A stretch of DNA of 64,000 nucleotides from an uncultured Ignavibacteriales bacterium (GCA_964611355.1 CAZSYD010000001.1:66745-130744); one strand, 5' to 3'; counted from the stretch's first letter, positions 40,874-50,601 are shown. Program-made: numbers and translations. The notes: generated from the sequence alone by a model not told the origin.

Positions 40874-40916
40874 CGGTTAAAACCGGGCAGGGCGGATGTG
40901 GAGAGTTGCCGCACAC
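40874..40916 (+). repeat. Right arm of inter-cassette hairpin element (copy 1b)
   Basis: CGGTTAAAACCGGGCAGGGCGGATGTGGAGAGTTGCCGCACAC. Confidence 0.85.
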
Positions 40917-40937
40917 TTTAATGGATTTGATTACGTT

Positions 40938-41399
40938 ATGCTAATCAAAAGGGTTTTGCCGTTAGCGGTTTTATTAGGATTGTCAATTACCGGCTGCGAA
41001 GGCCCCGATATTCCCTCTTTGCCTATAGAAGAGTCAGAATTGCCGGGCAGGTATATCGGTAATTTTGGAGAGGCGGATATTAATTGTATTGATTTACTAC
41101 CTGATTCTATATATGTAGCCCACTACAAAAGCAAAGATGGCTATACCCATATCGACACCGGCAAGTGGTACTTTTTCGAGTGGTCTCCAGGATACTACAA
41201 TTTACGCTTGCTAGCCTACGTTCAGCGACATCCGGGGAGATGCGATGAATTTCCAGGTAGAGAAGAGCTGGAAAAGGAGTTCGGGGTTGATACTACATTA
41301 AGGACATTCAAGCTTGTAAAGAGAAGTTACGGAATAAAATTTGAGTATTGCTTTGGTAAATTGCAATGTTATATAAAGGAGCCCAAGCAAGATTTGTGA
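40938..41399 (+). CDS. Hypothetical lipoprotein, paralog A (AT-rich cassette)
   Basis: MLIKRVLPLAVLLGLSITGC lipobox; DTGKW; paralog of 42567-43043. Confidence 0.85.
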   Translation: MLIKRVLPLAVLLGLSITGCEGPDIPSLPIEESELPGRYIGNFGEADINCIDLLPDSIYVAHYKSKDGYTHIDTGKWYFFEWSPGYYNLRLLAYVQRHPGRCDEFPGREELEKEFGVDTTLRTFKLVKRSYGIKFEYCFGKLQCYIKEPKQDL

Positions 41400-41464
41400 T
41401 CGGCCAATATCCACATCCGCCGGTTGAGACCGGGCAGGGCAGATGTGGATATGCTGTCTCACAC
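41395..41464 (+). repeat. Inter-cassette hairpin element copy 2
   Basis: TGTGA..ATATCCACATC...CGGT/ACCG...GATGTGGATAT..TCACA imperfect inverted repeat. Confidence 0.9.
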
Positions 41465-41484
41465 TTAAATATTTGGAGGTGCAT

Positions 41485-42444
41485 ATGAAAAATCGCATTA
41501 TTATTGTACCATTATTTCTTGTAATGGTTCTATTTGTTGTAGTTAATCATGGAAACTCGAATGCGCATAAAAGGGATCAATTATTATTGATCAAGGATAA
41601 TATGATATATTTATATGACTTTGTTCAAAATGAACAGGTAAAAATTATTGATCCAATCGATGACAATATTGACATTAGGAAATTGAATACCATTTACTCC
41701 GATTCCGGCGTATTTGTTAATGTTATGGGCGTTTGTGAGCGAAAAAAGGCCAATGAACGTGTAATATTCTATGAAAATGAGTATAGTATGTTGGGAGATT
41801 GTGAACTTATAATCTTATATAATTCCAGATATTACGAAGTTAATGATTCTATTATTGAAGTATTGGAGATCACTTATTCGGAAAATAATCAGTCTCAGGA
41901 TACGACCATATATACGGTTAATGAATTACCGGATTACTTTAGGAGTTCTAGTAGATTAAGCAAGACCGTAAATGGTATAACGCTGATGGCTGACTCAGGA
42001 AACATATATATACAACATATAAATGGAAAACCGAATCTTTTGATGAAACACCGGCTGGAGTTCAATTATCGCCCTAACCGGAAATTTGCGTATGGATATG
42101 CTTTTCCAGATATTTCATATAATGGCACTAAAGCGATTTTTATAGACGCAAACCCGGAAAATGGTAAAAATTGGCTTAAAAAAATAATTGATTTCTTTTC
42201 AGGTGGAAATCCACAAACCCATTTAAGAGAAATGGACTTAGTAACTAAAAACTATATTAGTTACGTAATCGACAGGGATGTAGTTTTTCCCGAATATTCA
42301 TGTACTGGTGAATATGTATTAGTTCAAATGGCGACGTTTGATACGATGAACGGTTATTACAATTATATTGTTTATGACACAATAATGAAGGAATCATATG
42401 AAATACCATTATGTAAATGTGCTATTTGGATATGTTTTGAGTAG
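41485..42444 (+). CDS. Hypothetical exported protein, very AT-rich, with TolB/PD40-like blade motifs in its C-terminal half
   Basis: GGAGG RBS; hydrophobic N-terminus; FPDISYNGTKAIF and FPEYSCTGEYVLV. Confidence 0.7.
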   Translation: MKNRIIIVPLFLVMVLFVVVNHGNSNAHKRDQLLLIKDNMIYLYDFVQNEQVKIIDPIDDNIDIRKLNTIYSDSGVFVNVMGVCERKKANERVIFYENEYSMLGDCELIILYNSRYYEVNDSIIEVLEITYSENNQSQDTTIYTVNELPDYFRSSSRLSKTVNGITLMADSGNIYIQHINGKPNLLMKHRLEFNYRPNRKFAYGYAFPDISYNGTKAIFIDANPENGKNWLKKIIDFFSGGNPQTHLREMDLVTKNYISYVIDRDVVFPEYSCTGEYVLVQMATFDTMNGYYNYIVYDTIMKESYEIPLCKCAIWICFE

Positions 42445-42477
42445 GATGTGTGTCCCTTGTTCTGCCCCCTGTGATTC

Positions 42478-42545
42478 GTGACCGGCCAATGTTCACATCC
42501 GCCGGTTAAGACCGGGCAGGGCAGATGTGGAGAGTTGCCGCACAC
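42478..42545 (+). repeat. Inter-cassette hairpin element copy 3
   Basis: GTGACCGGCCAATGTTCACATCCGCCGGTTAAGACCGGGCAGGGCAGATGTGGAGAGTTGCCGCACAC. Confidence 0.9.
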
Positions 42546-42566
42546 TTTAATGGATTTGATTACGTT

Positions 42567-43043
42567 ATGCTAATCAAAAGGGTTTTGCCGTTAGCGGTTT
42601 TATTAGGATTGTCAATTACCGGCTGCGAAGGCCCCGATCTTCCCTCGTTACCTATAGAAGAGTCAGAGTTACCAGGCAGGTATATCGGTAATTTCGGAGA
42701 GACGGATATTAATTATATTGATATATTGCCGGACTCAGTTTTCGTTTCTTATTATAAAACGAAAGATGGTCATTTATATATCGATACGGGGACATGGAAA
42801 TTCTTAAAAACCGGTTTTTTCGAGTACGACAGGCTATTAGTAAGAGATTTTATTCAACGGCATCCTGAGAATTGCATTGATTTTCCAGGAAAGGAAAAAG
42901 TATTGAAGGAATACAATGTCGATTTGACTAGACGCAGTTTAATTCTTATAAAATCTAAAGATGTAATGCATATTGAATATTGCTATGCCAAGAGACAATA
43001 TTATAAAAAGAGATTTGAAGAAGAGAAGGATAGGAGAGACTAA
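42567..43043 (+). CDS. Hypothetical lipoprotein, paralog B (AT-rich cassette)
   Basis: Same signal peptide and lipobox as paralog A; diverged C-terminus. Confidence 0.85.
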   Translation: MLIKRVLPLAVLLGLSITGCEGPDLPSLPIEESELPGRYIGNFGETDINYIDILPDSVFVSYYKTKDGHLYIDTGTWKFLKTGFFEYDRLLVRDFIQRHPENCIDFPGKEKVLKEYNVDLTRRSLILIKSKDVMHIEYCYAKRQYYKKRFEEEKDRRD

Positions 43044-43118
43044 ACAGAGACCGATCGCAGCACTCTTTTCAGATGCAAGTATTGTACGGGAATTAGCTTG
43101 CGTCGTTCTAAATGGAAG

Positions 43119-43631
43119 ATGATTACAACAAGCACAATCCTTAGAAAACGAGTCAGGTATCTTCTGTGTTTCTTTATCCTTGCTCTTCTTGTTAGTGGGC
43201 TTACGGCATTTCCGCTCAGAGCAGAAATTGATTTTCTGGCCAGGACGATTGGCGACAGCACATTTATGGAAGATTTCTGGCCGGCTATGGCCCATTGGAT
43301 ATCATCTGTCCATCATGGAATCACGGAGACGAATCGGGATTATCCGTTTTTATTCTACGGAACGGACTGGCTTGCATTTGCTCATATCGTTATAGCTATC
43401 GCCTTTATTGGACCGTTAAGAGACCCCGTTAAGAATATCTGGATTATTGAATCTGGAATGATTGCCTGTGTGTTTGTGATCCCGACAGCTTTAATTTGTG
43501 GTCATATTAGAGCTATTCCGTTCTTCTGGCGCATGATTGACTGTTCTTTTGGAATAATTGGTATTATTCCCCTCTGGTTGACTCGTCATTACATTCGTCA
43601 GATTATTGCGCTTGAAAAAGGCAGCAATTAG
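43119..43631 (+). CDS. Hypothetical multi-pass membrane protein
   Basis: Several hydrophobic segments; DWLAFAH, GPLRDPVKN.W, IDCSFG. Confidence 0.75.
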   Translation: MITTSTILRKRVRYLLCFFILALLVSGLTAFPLRAEIDFLARTIGDSTFMEDFWPAMAHWISSVHHGITETNRDYPFLFYGTDWLAFAHIVIAIAFIGPLRDPVKNIWIIESGMIACVFVIPTALICGHIRAIPFFWRMIDCSFGIIGIIPLWLTRHYIRQIIALEKGSN

Positions 43632-43662
43632 ATATATCGGTTGAACGTAAATTTCTGTTCTT

Positions 43663-44388
43663 TCAATGCCACCGGTTGTAATAATCAGAATCGCCTTCCT
43701 GTGAATCGGAAACCATTTGTTTGCGTTTGCGCTGACGTCTGATATACAGCCAGCCGAAAACAAATCCGCCGATATGAGCGAACCATGCCACTCCGCCGCC
43801 TTCAGGCAAGCCAATCGAAGAAAGAGCCATAAGAAGCTGAATAACAAACCAGTATCCGAGGATAAATACCGCCGGCAGCCATATCAGCCGGATAATAAAT
43901 ATTATCCAGATCAGAGTCAGTACCCGCGCTCGCGGAAAGACGACCATGTATGCCCCCAGAATACCGGCGATCGCTCCCGAAGCCCCCACCAGTGGAGCCG
44001 TTCCGTGGGGGTTGAAAAGGACAAATAGCGCCACCGCCGCCAGGCCCGACATAAGGTAAAATATAAGAAACTTTGAATGTCCCAGGTAATCTTCGATGTT
44101 TTTGCCGAATATCCAGAGGTAGAGCATGTTGCCGCCGAGGTGCACCAGATCGCCGTGAATAAACATCGACGAAAACGGCGACAGCAGCACCGGAAACGGA
44201 ATATCCGGAGTCATATCCCTGAAATGGATAACCTCGATGGGAATAAGACCGAATTGATAGACAAACAACTGCGCCATCTTATAAGGCAGAGTCATCTGGT
44301 AGAAATGAATCAGGCAGTTGACGGCGATAAGTCCGATCGTGAATATCGGTATGCACCGGGTTGGGTTGTCGTTTTTGAGCGGCAGCAT
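43663..44388 (-). CDS. Rhomboid intramembrane serine protease
   Basis: MLPLKNDNP, HLGGNM, GASGAIAG, AHIGGF. Confidence 0.93.
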   Translation of the reverse strand: MLPLKNDNPTRCIPIFTIGLIAVNCLIHFYQMTLPYKMAQLFVYQFGLIPIEVIHFRDMTPDIPFPVLLSPFSSMFIHGDLVHLGGNMLYLWIFGKNIEDYLGHSKFLIFYLMSGLAAVALFVLFNPHGTAPLVGASGAIAGILGAYMVVFPRARVLTLIWIIFIIRLIWLPAVFILGYWFVIQLLMALSSIGLPEGGGVAWFAHIGGFVFGWLYIRRQRKRKQMVSDSQEGDSDYYNRWH

Positions 44389-44444
44389 CTGATTATTCCA
44401 TTTTGTTCATTATACGTATAGAGCAGCGTCAAGTCTATACCAAT

Positions 44445-44475
44445 AAAAAACCCCAAAAAGGTTTTGGGGTTTTTT
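44445..44475. terminator. Intrinsic terminator downstream of the surA-like gene
   Basis: AAAAAACCCCAAAA-agg-TTTTGGGGTTTTTT. Confidence 0.8.
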
Positions 44476-44495
44476 ACGATAATTATGAATAATCG

Positions 44496-46304
44496 TTATC
44501 GGGCGGTGAAAATCTCATCCAGATAGTCTTCAATTTCAGTCGATTCGACCAGATCGATAAACCAGACGTTGAAAACTTCCCGCTGCTTCGTGGTGAGGAT
44601 GATTTGCTCCAGCGAATCGCGGACGTCGCCGTAACCGGCAAGATCGGCGCTCTGGCGCTCCAAAAGCTTGATGATCGCCCATCCCTGGCTGTATCCGAAA
44701 GGTTCGCCGATATCGCCCGGGTTATGGAGAGAGAAAATGGCGCCCAGAACTTCCGGATCGCGGCCGATCGTTGGAATATAGCTCTGGCGATTTACTTCGC
44801 CGGTTTTTATCATATCATACCCGGCGTTTTTGGCCGCCTTTTCAAACTTCGCGCCTTCTTTTATTTTCGCGTGAATTTTATCTATTTCCTGCTCGCACAT
44901 CTGCAGGGCGATTTCATCGATCAAGTCGCCCTCGGCACGGTCTCCGGCTTCCTCGAATGACGAAATGCCGGCGGGAACCCTCTCCGCCACTTTCGCGATC
45001 ACGATGGCGGCATCGGTATCGAGTATCGGGGAGATAGTCCCGACTTTGTTTTTAAATGCGAATTCGCTGATCCGTTTGTTGAAGCCGATCTTCGGGATAG
45101 GGGTGTTTTTGGTGAACAGGCCGGTATTCTCCGTAGTCAGCCCGGCTTTTTCCGCAGCGCCCGCCAGGTCGGAACCGGAAACCTCGTCGAGTATCTTATT
45201 GGCATTGCGATAAGCCATGTCAAGAGTTTCATTGGAGGTATGAATCTTCAGAAGAATATGGCTGGCCTTGACCTGTTCTCCGTCTTTATCCTTTTTCTTG
45301 TCATCAACTTTAATAATATGCCATCCGAACTCGGTACGAACCGGCTCTGATACTTCACCTATGTCAAGGGCAAAGGCGGCTTCCTCGAATTCTTTAACCA
45401 TATGACCTTTGCCGAACCAGCCCAGATCCCCGCCGCTTTTGGCCGTCGCATCCTCGGAATAAGCCTGGGCCAGTTCGGTAAAATCATCGCCCTCGTCGAT
45501 TTTAGCCTTAATCAATTCCGCTTCGGTTTTGATTCTTTCCCAGTCCTCTTCCGTCGGGTCCTTGGAGAAGATAACGCATTCCAGCGCCGCTCTTTCTCCG
45601 ATCTTGTATTTATCTTTATGGCTTTCATAGTAGCCGCGAATTTCTTCCTCGGAGACATCCGGTCCCGGTTCGGAATATCTGGTAATGGGAACATTTATGA
45701 TTTGCGCCGAGGCTTTTTCCTGGGATTTTAGATAAAAATCCCGGATTTCATCTTCGCCGACTCGAATTGTTGACATGATCTCCTGTTGCAGTTTGAACTT
45801 TCGCAGCTCGGGACGATATAGGGCCTCAACCGAAGCCCAGAACTGGATCATTTGAGGGTTGGGATCGACCATGGCCGACATATATTTTTCATAGTCAAAC
45901 TTGCCGTCGGTCTGGAAAGCCTGGTGCTGCTGAAGATCTGCAGGCGGCTGATACCGCAGGAAACTGACCATCTCATCGTCGGTGACTTTTATATGACGTT
46001 TTTTGATTTCCCGGTCAAGCAGGTTCTGGGCGACCAGGTTGTCCCAGGCCTGGATACGAATCCCGCGAATTGCGGCGTCATCCAGATCCATTTCGGTTCG
46101 AGCCTGTTCACTCTTATAAAGTCTATCATAGTAGTCTTGGTAGGTTTGATAATTGATATCTTTACCGTCGATCGTCCCGACGATATTTTTCTGCGCCTTG
46201 GATCGGGTAACATCCATTCCCCAGGCGAAAATAATCGTCCCCACAAACGCAACAACGACTACCCATATGACAACCTTCGTAAATTTGCGAAAAGTACTCA
46301 GCAT
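44496..46304 (-). CDS. PpiD/SurA-like membrane-anchored peptidyl-prolyl isomerase
   Basis: N-terminal TM, SurA-N region, parvulin motifs SED...GGDLGWF, FEEAAF, FGWHIIK. Confidence 0.9.
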   Translation of the reverse strand: MLSTFRKFTKVVIWVVVVAFVGTIIFAWGMDVTRSKAQKNIVGTIDGKDINYQTYQDYYDRLYKSEQARTEMDLDDAAIRGIRIQAWDNLVAQNLLDREIKKRHIKVTDDEMVSFLRYQPPADLQQHQAFQTDGKFDYEKYMSAMVDPNPQMIQFWASVEALYRPELRKFKLQQEIMSTIRVGEDEIRDFYLKSQEKASAQIINVPITRYSEPGPDVSEEEIRGYYESHKDKYKIGERAALECVIFSKDPTEEDWERIKTEAELIKAKIDEGDDFTELAQAYSEDATAKSGGDLGWFGKGHMVKEFEEAAFALDIGEVSEPVRTEFGWHIIKVDDKKKDKDGEQVKASHILLKIHTSNETLDMAYRNANKILDEVSGSDLAGAAEKAGLTTENTGLFTKNTPIPKIGFNKRISEFAFKNKVGTISPILDTDAAIVIAKVAERVPAGISSFEEAGDRAEGDLIDEIALQMCEQEIDKIHAKIKEGAKFEKAAKNAGYDMIKTGEVNRQSYIPTIGRDPEVLGAIFSLHNPGDIGEPFGYSQGWAIIKLLERQSADLAGYGDVRDSLEQIILTTKQREVFNVWFIDLVESTEIEDYLDEIFTAR

Positions 46305-46511
46305 TTTATTGCCACTCCTCTAAAGTCTCCTGCTATCGTAAGATTTAGGATAGCGAAACCAAGCGGACCGTCCGGGCAATTCCATCAGGCCATTCAGCGA
46401 AATAATATACCCAAATCTCCGAAGTTGGCAAGTCCTTTTTATCTTCTTTGCCGCCAACAGGTTCCAAAAAATGATTTTGACCCGGTGGTAATATATGTTA
46501 CTTTAACTGCC

Positions 46512-48785
46512 GTGCGGTTTTTTTGCTTTATATCGGTTGTTCTTATCAATCTGTGCAGTCTTTCCGTGGCGACGGATAAGGCCGACTTTGACGCTTCCTA
46601 CTTCTGGCCGCTGACGATTTCCAAACGCTTATCTTCCGGCTTTGGAGATATCCGGCCCGGCCGATTTCATATGGGTATTGATCTGCGTACCAACGCAAAG
46701 GAAGGATATAAAGTTTATGCTCCCGAGGACGGCTATGTCTGGCGGATAAAAACATCGTACAGGGGATACGGCAAAGGTCTCTATATCAAAGGCAGGTCTG
46801 GGCGGCTGTATATTTACGGCCACCTGCAAAAATTTAACCGGGATATCGGAACCTGGCTGAGAGAAAGGCAAATCGAAACTCAGCGGTATTATCAGGATAT
46901 CTACCCTGAGGCGGGCAAACTGCCGGTAAAGAGAGGTCGGCTGATTGCCCGAACGGGTCAATCCGGAGCGGGCCCACCGCATCTGCATTTTGAAATCCGC
47001 GATAACTATAACCGGCCCACCAACCCGCTCTATTATAATAAGACCAAAATCAAGGATATCAAATCACCCACGTTCGAGGCTGTCTGGCTGACATATCTGG
47101 AGGAAAAATCGCTGTTTGACAACGGCGGGCGGGAAATGAAACTGATTCCTGCTTTTGATGGGACACAAGACCGTTATTTGATAAAAGACACGGTTGTCGT
47201 AACGGGCCGGTTTGCTTTCAAAGCGGCCGTAGAGGATTATGTATCATCGGGATCGTTTAAACTCGGGCCGTCGCGGATCAGATTGCATATCGATGATATG
47301 CTTTATCACGAAATCGAATACGACCGGATCGATTATGCCGAAAACCATTTTGTCCTGCTCGACCGTGATTTTGATCCGGACAAGAAGGATTATAAGCGGA
47401 TATATAATCTTTACCGGAAAGAAGGCAATAACTTTTCCAACTACCGGTCGGATATCGCCGGCGACGGCTCGTTCTCTGCCGCCGAAAACGGTTATCATAA
47501 CGTCCTGATAGAAACATCCGATCCCTTCGGCAACACCAGTCGGCTGGAGTTTATCTTTTACTATCTTGCCAACGATCGCATACTAACGCCGATGAACAAG
47601 GCGCGGATTGACGACTCCCTGGCGGTTTTGATATTTGCGGAGGAAAAATATCGAGCCCCGTTCGATACGGTCGCGCTATTTTCATCCGGCAACGATTCCA
47701 CCCGCGTGGCTCTTTACCCGGAGATTGAAATTGCAACTGACCGCATTATCCTGCGCGGCGATTTTATCCATTGGCGGGATTATCAACTGGTATTCAAACA
47801 AAACGGCGTTACTTACCCGACTTATCATTTTTCCGCGAATACGACTGCACCACAGGGAGGGAAAGTCGTCGATTCGGTTTCGTACGAAATTATCGATGAC
47901 GGCGTTCTCTTTACTGCTCATAGTGCGCAGCCCGGCATCAACTGGCTTCTGGGTGAGATAGTCACCAGCGATGGGGGCGAGAGACTTTTTTATCGCAAAA
48001 CCGGAAATAATCGGTTCTCGATGTTTTATCAGCCGGGAGAAACAATCGACGATATCGAAAAGATAATCACCCGCGGGCCGATCGGCTTCCGGCCCGATAC
48101 TCTTTCGGTTGATATATACCGGGTGCGTGTCGGCGAGGAGATACTTATTCAATTAACCCCGGAAATCGGCTTATTTTTCGAAGCGGAAGATTTATTCAAC
48201 GATGCTCTGCTCCATCTTCGAGACACGGTAATGGCGTCTCCGCAGACCGGATATTTCGTCCACGGGCCTTTTGTGCTTGAGCCGATATCTTATGCTTTCG
48301 CCGACTGGGCCGACCTGCAAACCATACCGGACGAAACAAGAAGCCCTTCCAAGGCCGGCCTGTACGTATATGACGACGAAAACGGCTGGCGATGGGCTGT
48401 TAGTGAATATGATACGGAGACAAATATCCTGCATTCCCGGCTGGGTGGCGGAGGGGTCATCGCCGTTATTGCCGATACGACGGCACCGGTAATATCCGGG
48501 TTGAACATCGAAGAAAAAGACCATATAAAAATCAGTCGTCCGCTTATACGCTTTGTATTGACCGATGAGCTTTCCGGTGTTGAGAACGACCTGAACTTCA
48601 ATGTAACTATTGACGGCAAATGGATTGTGCCTGAGTATGATCTCGATATAGGTTTGTTTATCAGTAAGCCTCACTGGCAACTGCACGGCGGGAAGCATAT
48701 ATTGAATATTGAAGTGGTCGATCGTTGCTGCAATAAGGCAACGGTAACGCGCAAATTTTATATAGGGGCGAAAACCGGCCCGTAA
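46512..48785 (+). CDS. Large M23 family metallopeptidase
   Basis: HMGIDLR, YGHL, HLHFEIR near the N-terminus after a signal peptide. Start is uncertain (GTG 46512). Confidence 0.85.
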   Translation: MRFFCFISVVLINLCSLSVATDKADFDASYFWPLTISKRLSSGFGDIRPGRFHMGIDLRTNAKEGYKVYAPEDGYVWRIKTSYRGYGKGLYIKGRSGRLYIYGHLQKFNRDIGTWLRERQIETQRYYQDIYPEAGKLPVKRGRLIARTGQSGAGPPHLHFEIRDNYNRPTNPLYYNKTKIKDIKSPTFEAVWLTYLEEKSLFDNGGREMKLIPAFDGTQDRYLIKDTVVVTGRFAFKAAVEDYVSSGSFKLGPSRIRLHIDDMLYHEIEYDRIDYAENHFVLLDRDFDPDKKDYKRIYNLYRKEGNNFSNYRSDIAGDGSFSAAENGYHNVLIETSDPFGNTSRLEFIFYYLANDRILTPMNKARIDDSLAVLIFAEEKYRAPFDTVALFSSGNDSTRVALYPEIEIATDRIILRGDFIHWRDYQLVFKQNGVTYPTYHFSANTTAPQGGKVVDSVSYEIIDDGVLFTAHSAQPGINWLLGEIVTSDGGERLFYRKTGNNRFSMFYQPGETIDDIEKIITRGPIGFRPDTLSVDIYRVRVGEEILIQLTPEIGLFFEAEDLFNDALLHLRDTVMASPQTGYFVHGPFVLEPISYAFADWADLQTIPDETRSPSKAGLYVYDDENGWRWAVSEYDTETNILHSRLGGGGVIAVIADTTAPVISGLNIEEKDHIKISRPLIRFVLTDELSGVENDLNFNVTIDGKWIVPEYDLDIGLFISKPHWQLHGGKHILNIEVVDRCCNKATVTRKFYIGAKTGP

Positions 48786-48788
48786 CCC

Positions 48789-49703
48789 GTGAAACGATTT
48801 ATTCTCATATTTTTTCTTGTGTGTCCGGCGGCTTCCGCGAATCCGGATTATCGGATATTTGCCGATATCCCGGAAGACGCCGCCTACGCCGATTCGGTTA
48901 TTCGAGTTACCGCCGCTCGGATTGAATCGCTTATCGGGCCGATCAGGATAGATTCGCTCGATATTTTTATTGTAACATCGCACGAACGGTTTTATTCCCT
49001 GGCCGGCAATTCGGTTCCCGACTGGGGCATCGGCGTAGCTATTCCGTACCGGCACCGCATTGTTATCAAATCGCCTCTTATCACACGCGGCGATAAATCA
49101 CTCGGCGAGTTGACCGCTCATGAGTTCTCGCATATTGCCCTGGCGACGGCGCTCGGGTTTCAGCAGGCTCCCCGCTGGCTCGATGAAGGTATGGCGATGT
49201 ATTTTTCCGCAGAGTGGGGCTGGGGGGATAATCTGGCCGTAAGCTGGGCTGTTGTTTTCGGAGGTATTATTCCGCTTGCCAAGATCGAGCATCTCAACCG
49301 TTTTGAGGGCGATATGGTGCGGGTGGCTTATTCCCAGTCGTACCTGGCCTTTAGGTATTTCCTGGACACTTATGGAAAATCAGGCTTAAATATACTCTTG
49401 CAGAATATAAGGGCTGGCCACCGCCTCGATTATGCTTTCATTACCGCCACCGGCGCCGATTATAACGCCTTTGAACAGGAATATTCGGCCCATTTGCATA
49501 GGAGATACAATATCGTGGCATTGATTTTCGACAGTAACCTGCTCTGGATAATTATGGCGCTGATCGTTGTCATCGGGTTTGTTCTGACTCGACGGCGAAG
49601 AAAAAAAAGATTCAGGGAATTCGAAGAGCGCGAGAAATACCATTCCACCGATTTTGATTATGGCGAGGTAGAAAAGCCGGATGAAGATAAACCATGGGAT
49701 TGA
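48789..49703 (+). CDS. Peptidase MA-like metallohydrolase with C-terminal membrane anchor
   Basis: AHEFSH, PRWLDEG, AYSQS; TM plus RRRRKKR. Confidence 0.87.
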   Translation: MKRFILIFFLVCPAASANPDYRIFADIPEDAAYADSVIRVTAARIESLIGPIRIDSLDIFIVTSHERFYSLAGNSVPDWGIGVAIPYRHRIVIKSPLITRGDKSLGELTAHEFSHIALATALGFQQAPRWLDEGMAMYFSAEWGWGDNLAVSWAVVFGGIIPLAKIEHLNRFEGDMVRVAYSQSYLAFRYFLDTYGKSGLNILLQNIRAGHRLDYAFITATGADYNAFEQEYSAHLHRRYNIVALIFDSNLLWIIMALIVVIGFVLTRRRRKKRFREFEEREKYHSTDFDYGEVEKPDEDKPWD

Positions 49704-50601
49704 ATACCTGCTTTTTCGCCTGGTGTCCTTGATCTTTCAAATTCTTCCCCACAGGGTGGCGGTCAAATTAGGCGAAAGGCTCGGTCGGGCGACCGGCAAC
49801 CTCTGGACGGCTCGGCACAAGGTCGTCATTCGCAATCTTGAGATCGCTTTTGGTGACAAGATGGCACCGGCCGAGCGGGAAGTTCTATCCCGCGAAATTT
49901 TTGGAAATATCGGAAAGACCGTAGCCGAAATCTGCCGCTTCCCTAAAATGGGTAAAGAAAAGATATTGCAATTGGTTGACTCCGAGGGAGAGGAAAGTTT
50001 TCGGGAAGTCCTCGATTACGGCAAAGGCGCGATTCTCGTCAGCAGTCATTTTGGCAATTGGGAGCTGATTGGAGCCTATGTCAATACCCTCGGATACCCA
50101 ATTGATTTCATGGTGCGGGGACAGCATAATCGTTATGTTGACAACTACCTGACCTTTTTGCGAGAGTGTTGCGGCGTTGGAGTGATCCATTCCGAGAGAA
50201 GCATGAAAGACGTTGTTCGGGCGCTGAGGAACAATCGCCAGGTGGCTATTGTATCTGATCAGCACGAGGGGTCGCGGGGAATTATTATCAATTTTTTCGG
50301 CCGGCCTGTGTCTGTGCCTCGCGCCCCGGCCACGCTGGCGGTAAAGCTGGGCGCGCCCATGGTAACCGGGCATATCTTCCGCAGGCGCGATAATACACAT
50401 CACTGCATTTTCGACAAACCGGAATATCCCGATTCCAATGCCGATCCGAAAGATGAAATCATTCGCCTGACCCGACTTTTCACGAAACGAATCGAAGATG
50501 CGATTCGAAGAAGGCCGGAGCTTTGGCTCTGGACGCATCGCCGTTTCAAACCTGTTCCCGGCGGGGAACAAATCGAGGGTTCGTACGTAGAATATGACTA
50601 A
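49681..50601 (+). CDS. Lipid A late acyltransferase (LpxL/HtrB family)
   Basis: HFGNWE, DQ, FFG, WLWTHRRFK. Confidence 0.92.
   Translation: MKINHGIEYLLFRLVSLIFQILPHRVAVKLGERLGRATGNLWTARHKVVIRNLEIAFGDKMAPAEREVLSREIFGNIGKTVAEICRFPKMGKEKILQLVDSEGEESFREVLDYGKGAILVSSHFGNWELIGAYVNTLGYPIDFMVRGQHNRYVDNYLTFLRECCGVGVIHSERSMKDVVRALRNNRQVAIVSDQHEGSRGIIINFFGRPVSVPRAPATLAVKLGAPMVTGHIFRRRDNTHHCIFDKPEYPDSNADPKDEIIRLTRLFTKRIEDAIRRRPELWLWTHRRFKPVPGGEQIEGSYVEYD

Noticed and set aside
40874..42545. Classical integron attC array
   Set aside because: The hairpins lack RYYYAAC/GTTRRRY boxes (GGCCAAT...GTTGCCG or GCTGTCT instead) and no intI is in the window. Kept only as an analogy.
40306..42545. CRISPR array
   Set aside because: Repeats are ~70 nt, degenerate and separated by whole genes; no cas genes.
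40938..43043. Diversity-generating retroelement TR/VR pair
   Set aside because: Differences are not adenine-specific, many are synonymous, and no reverse transcriptase is present.
45852..46511. N-terminal extension of the 977-aa M23 ORF
   Set aside because: Overlaps the surA/ppiD-like gene on the opposite strand; a signal peptide begins near 46512.
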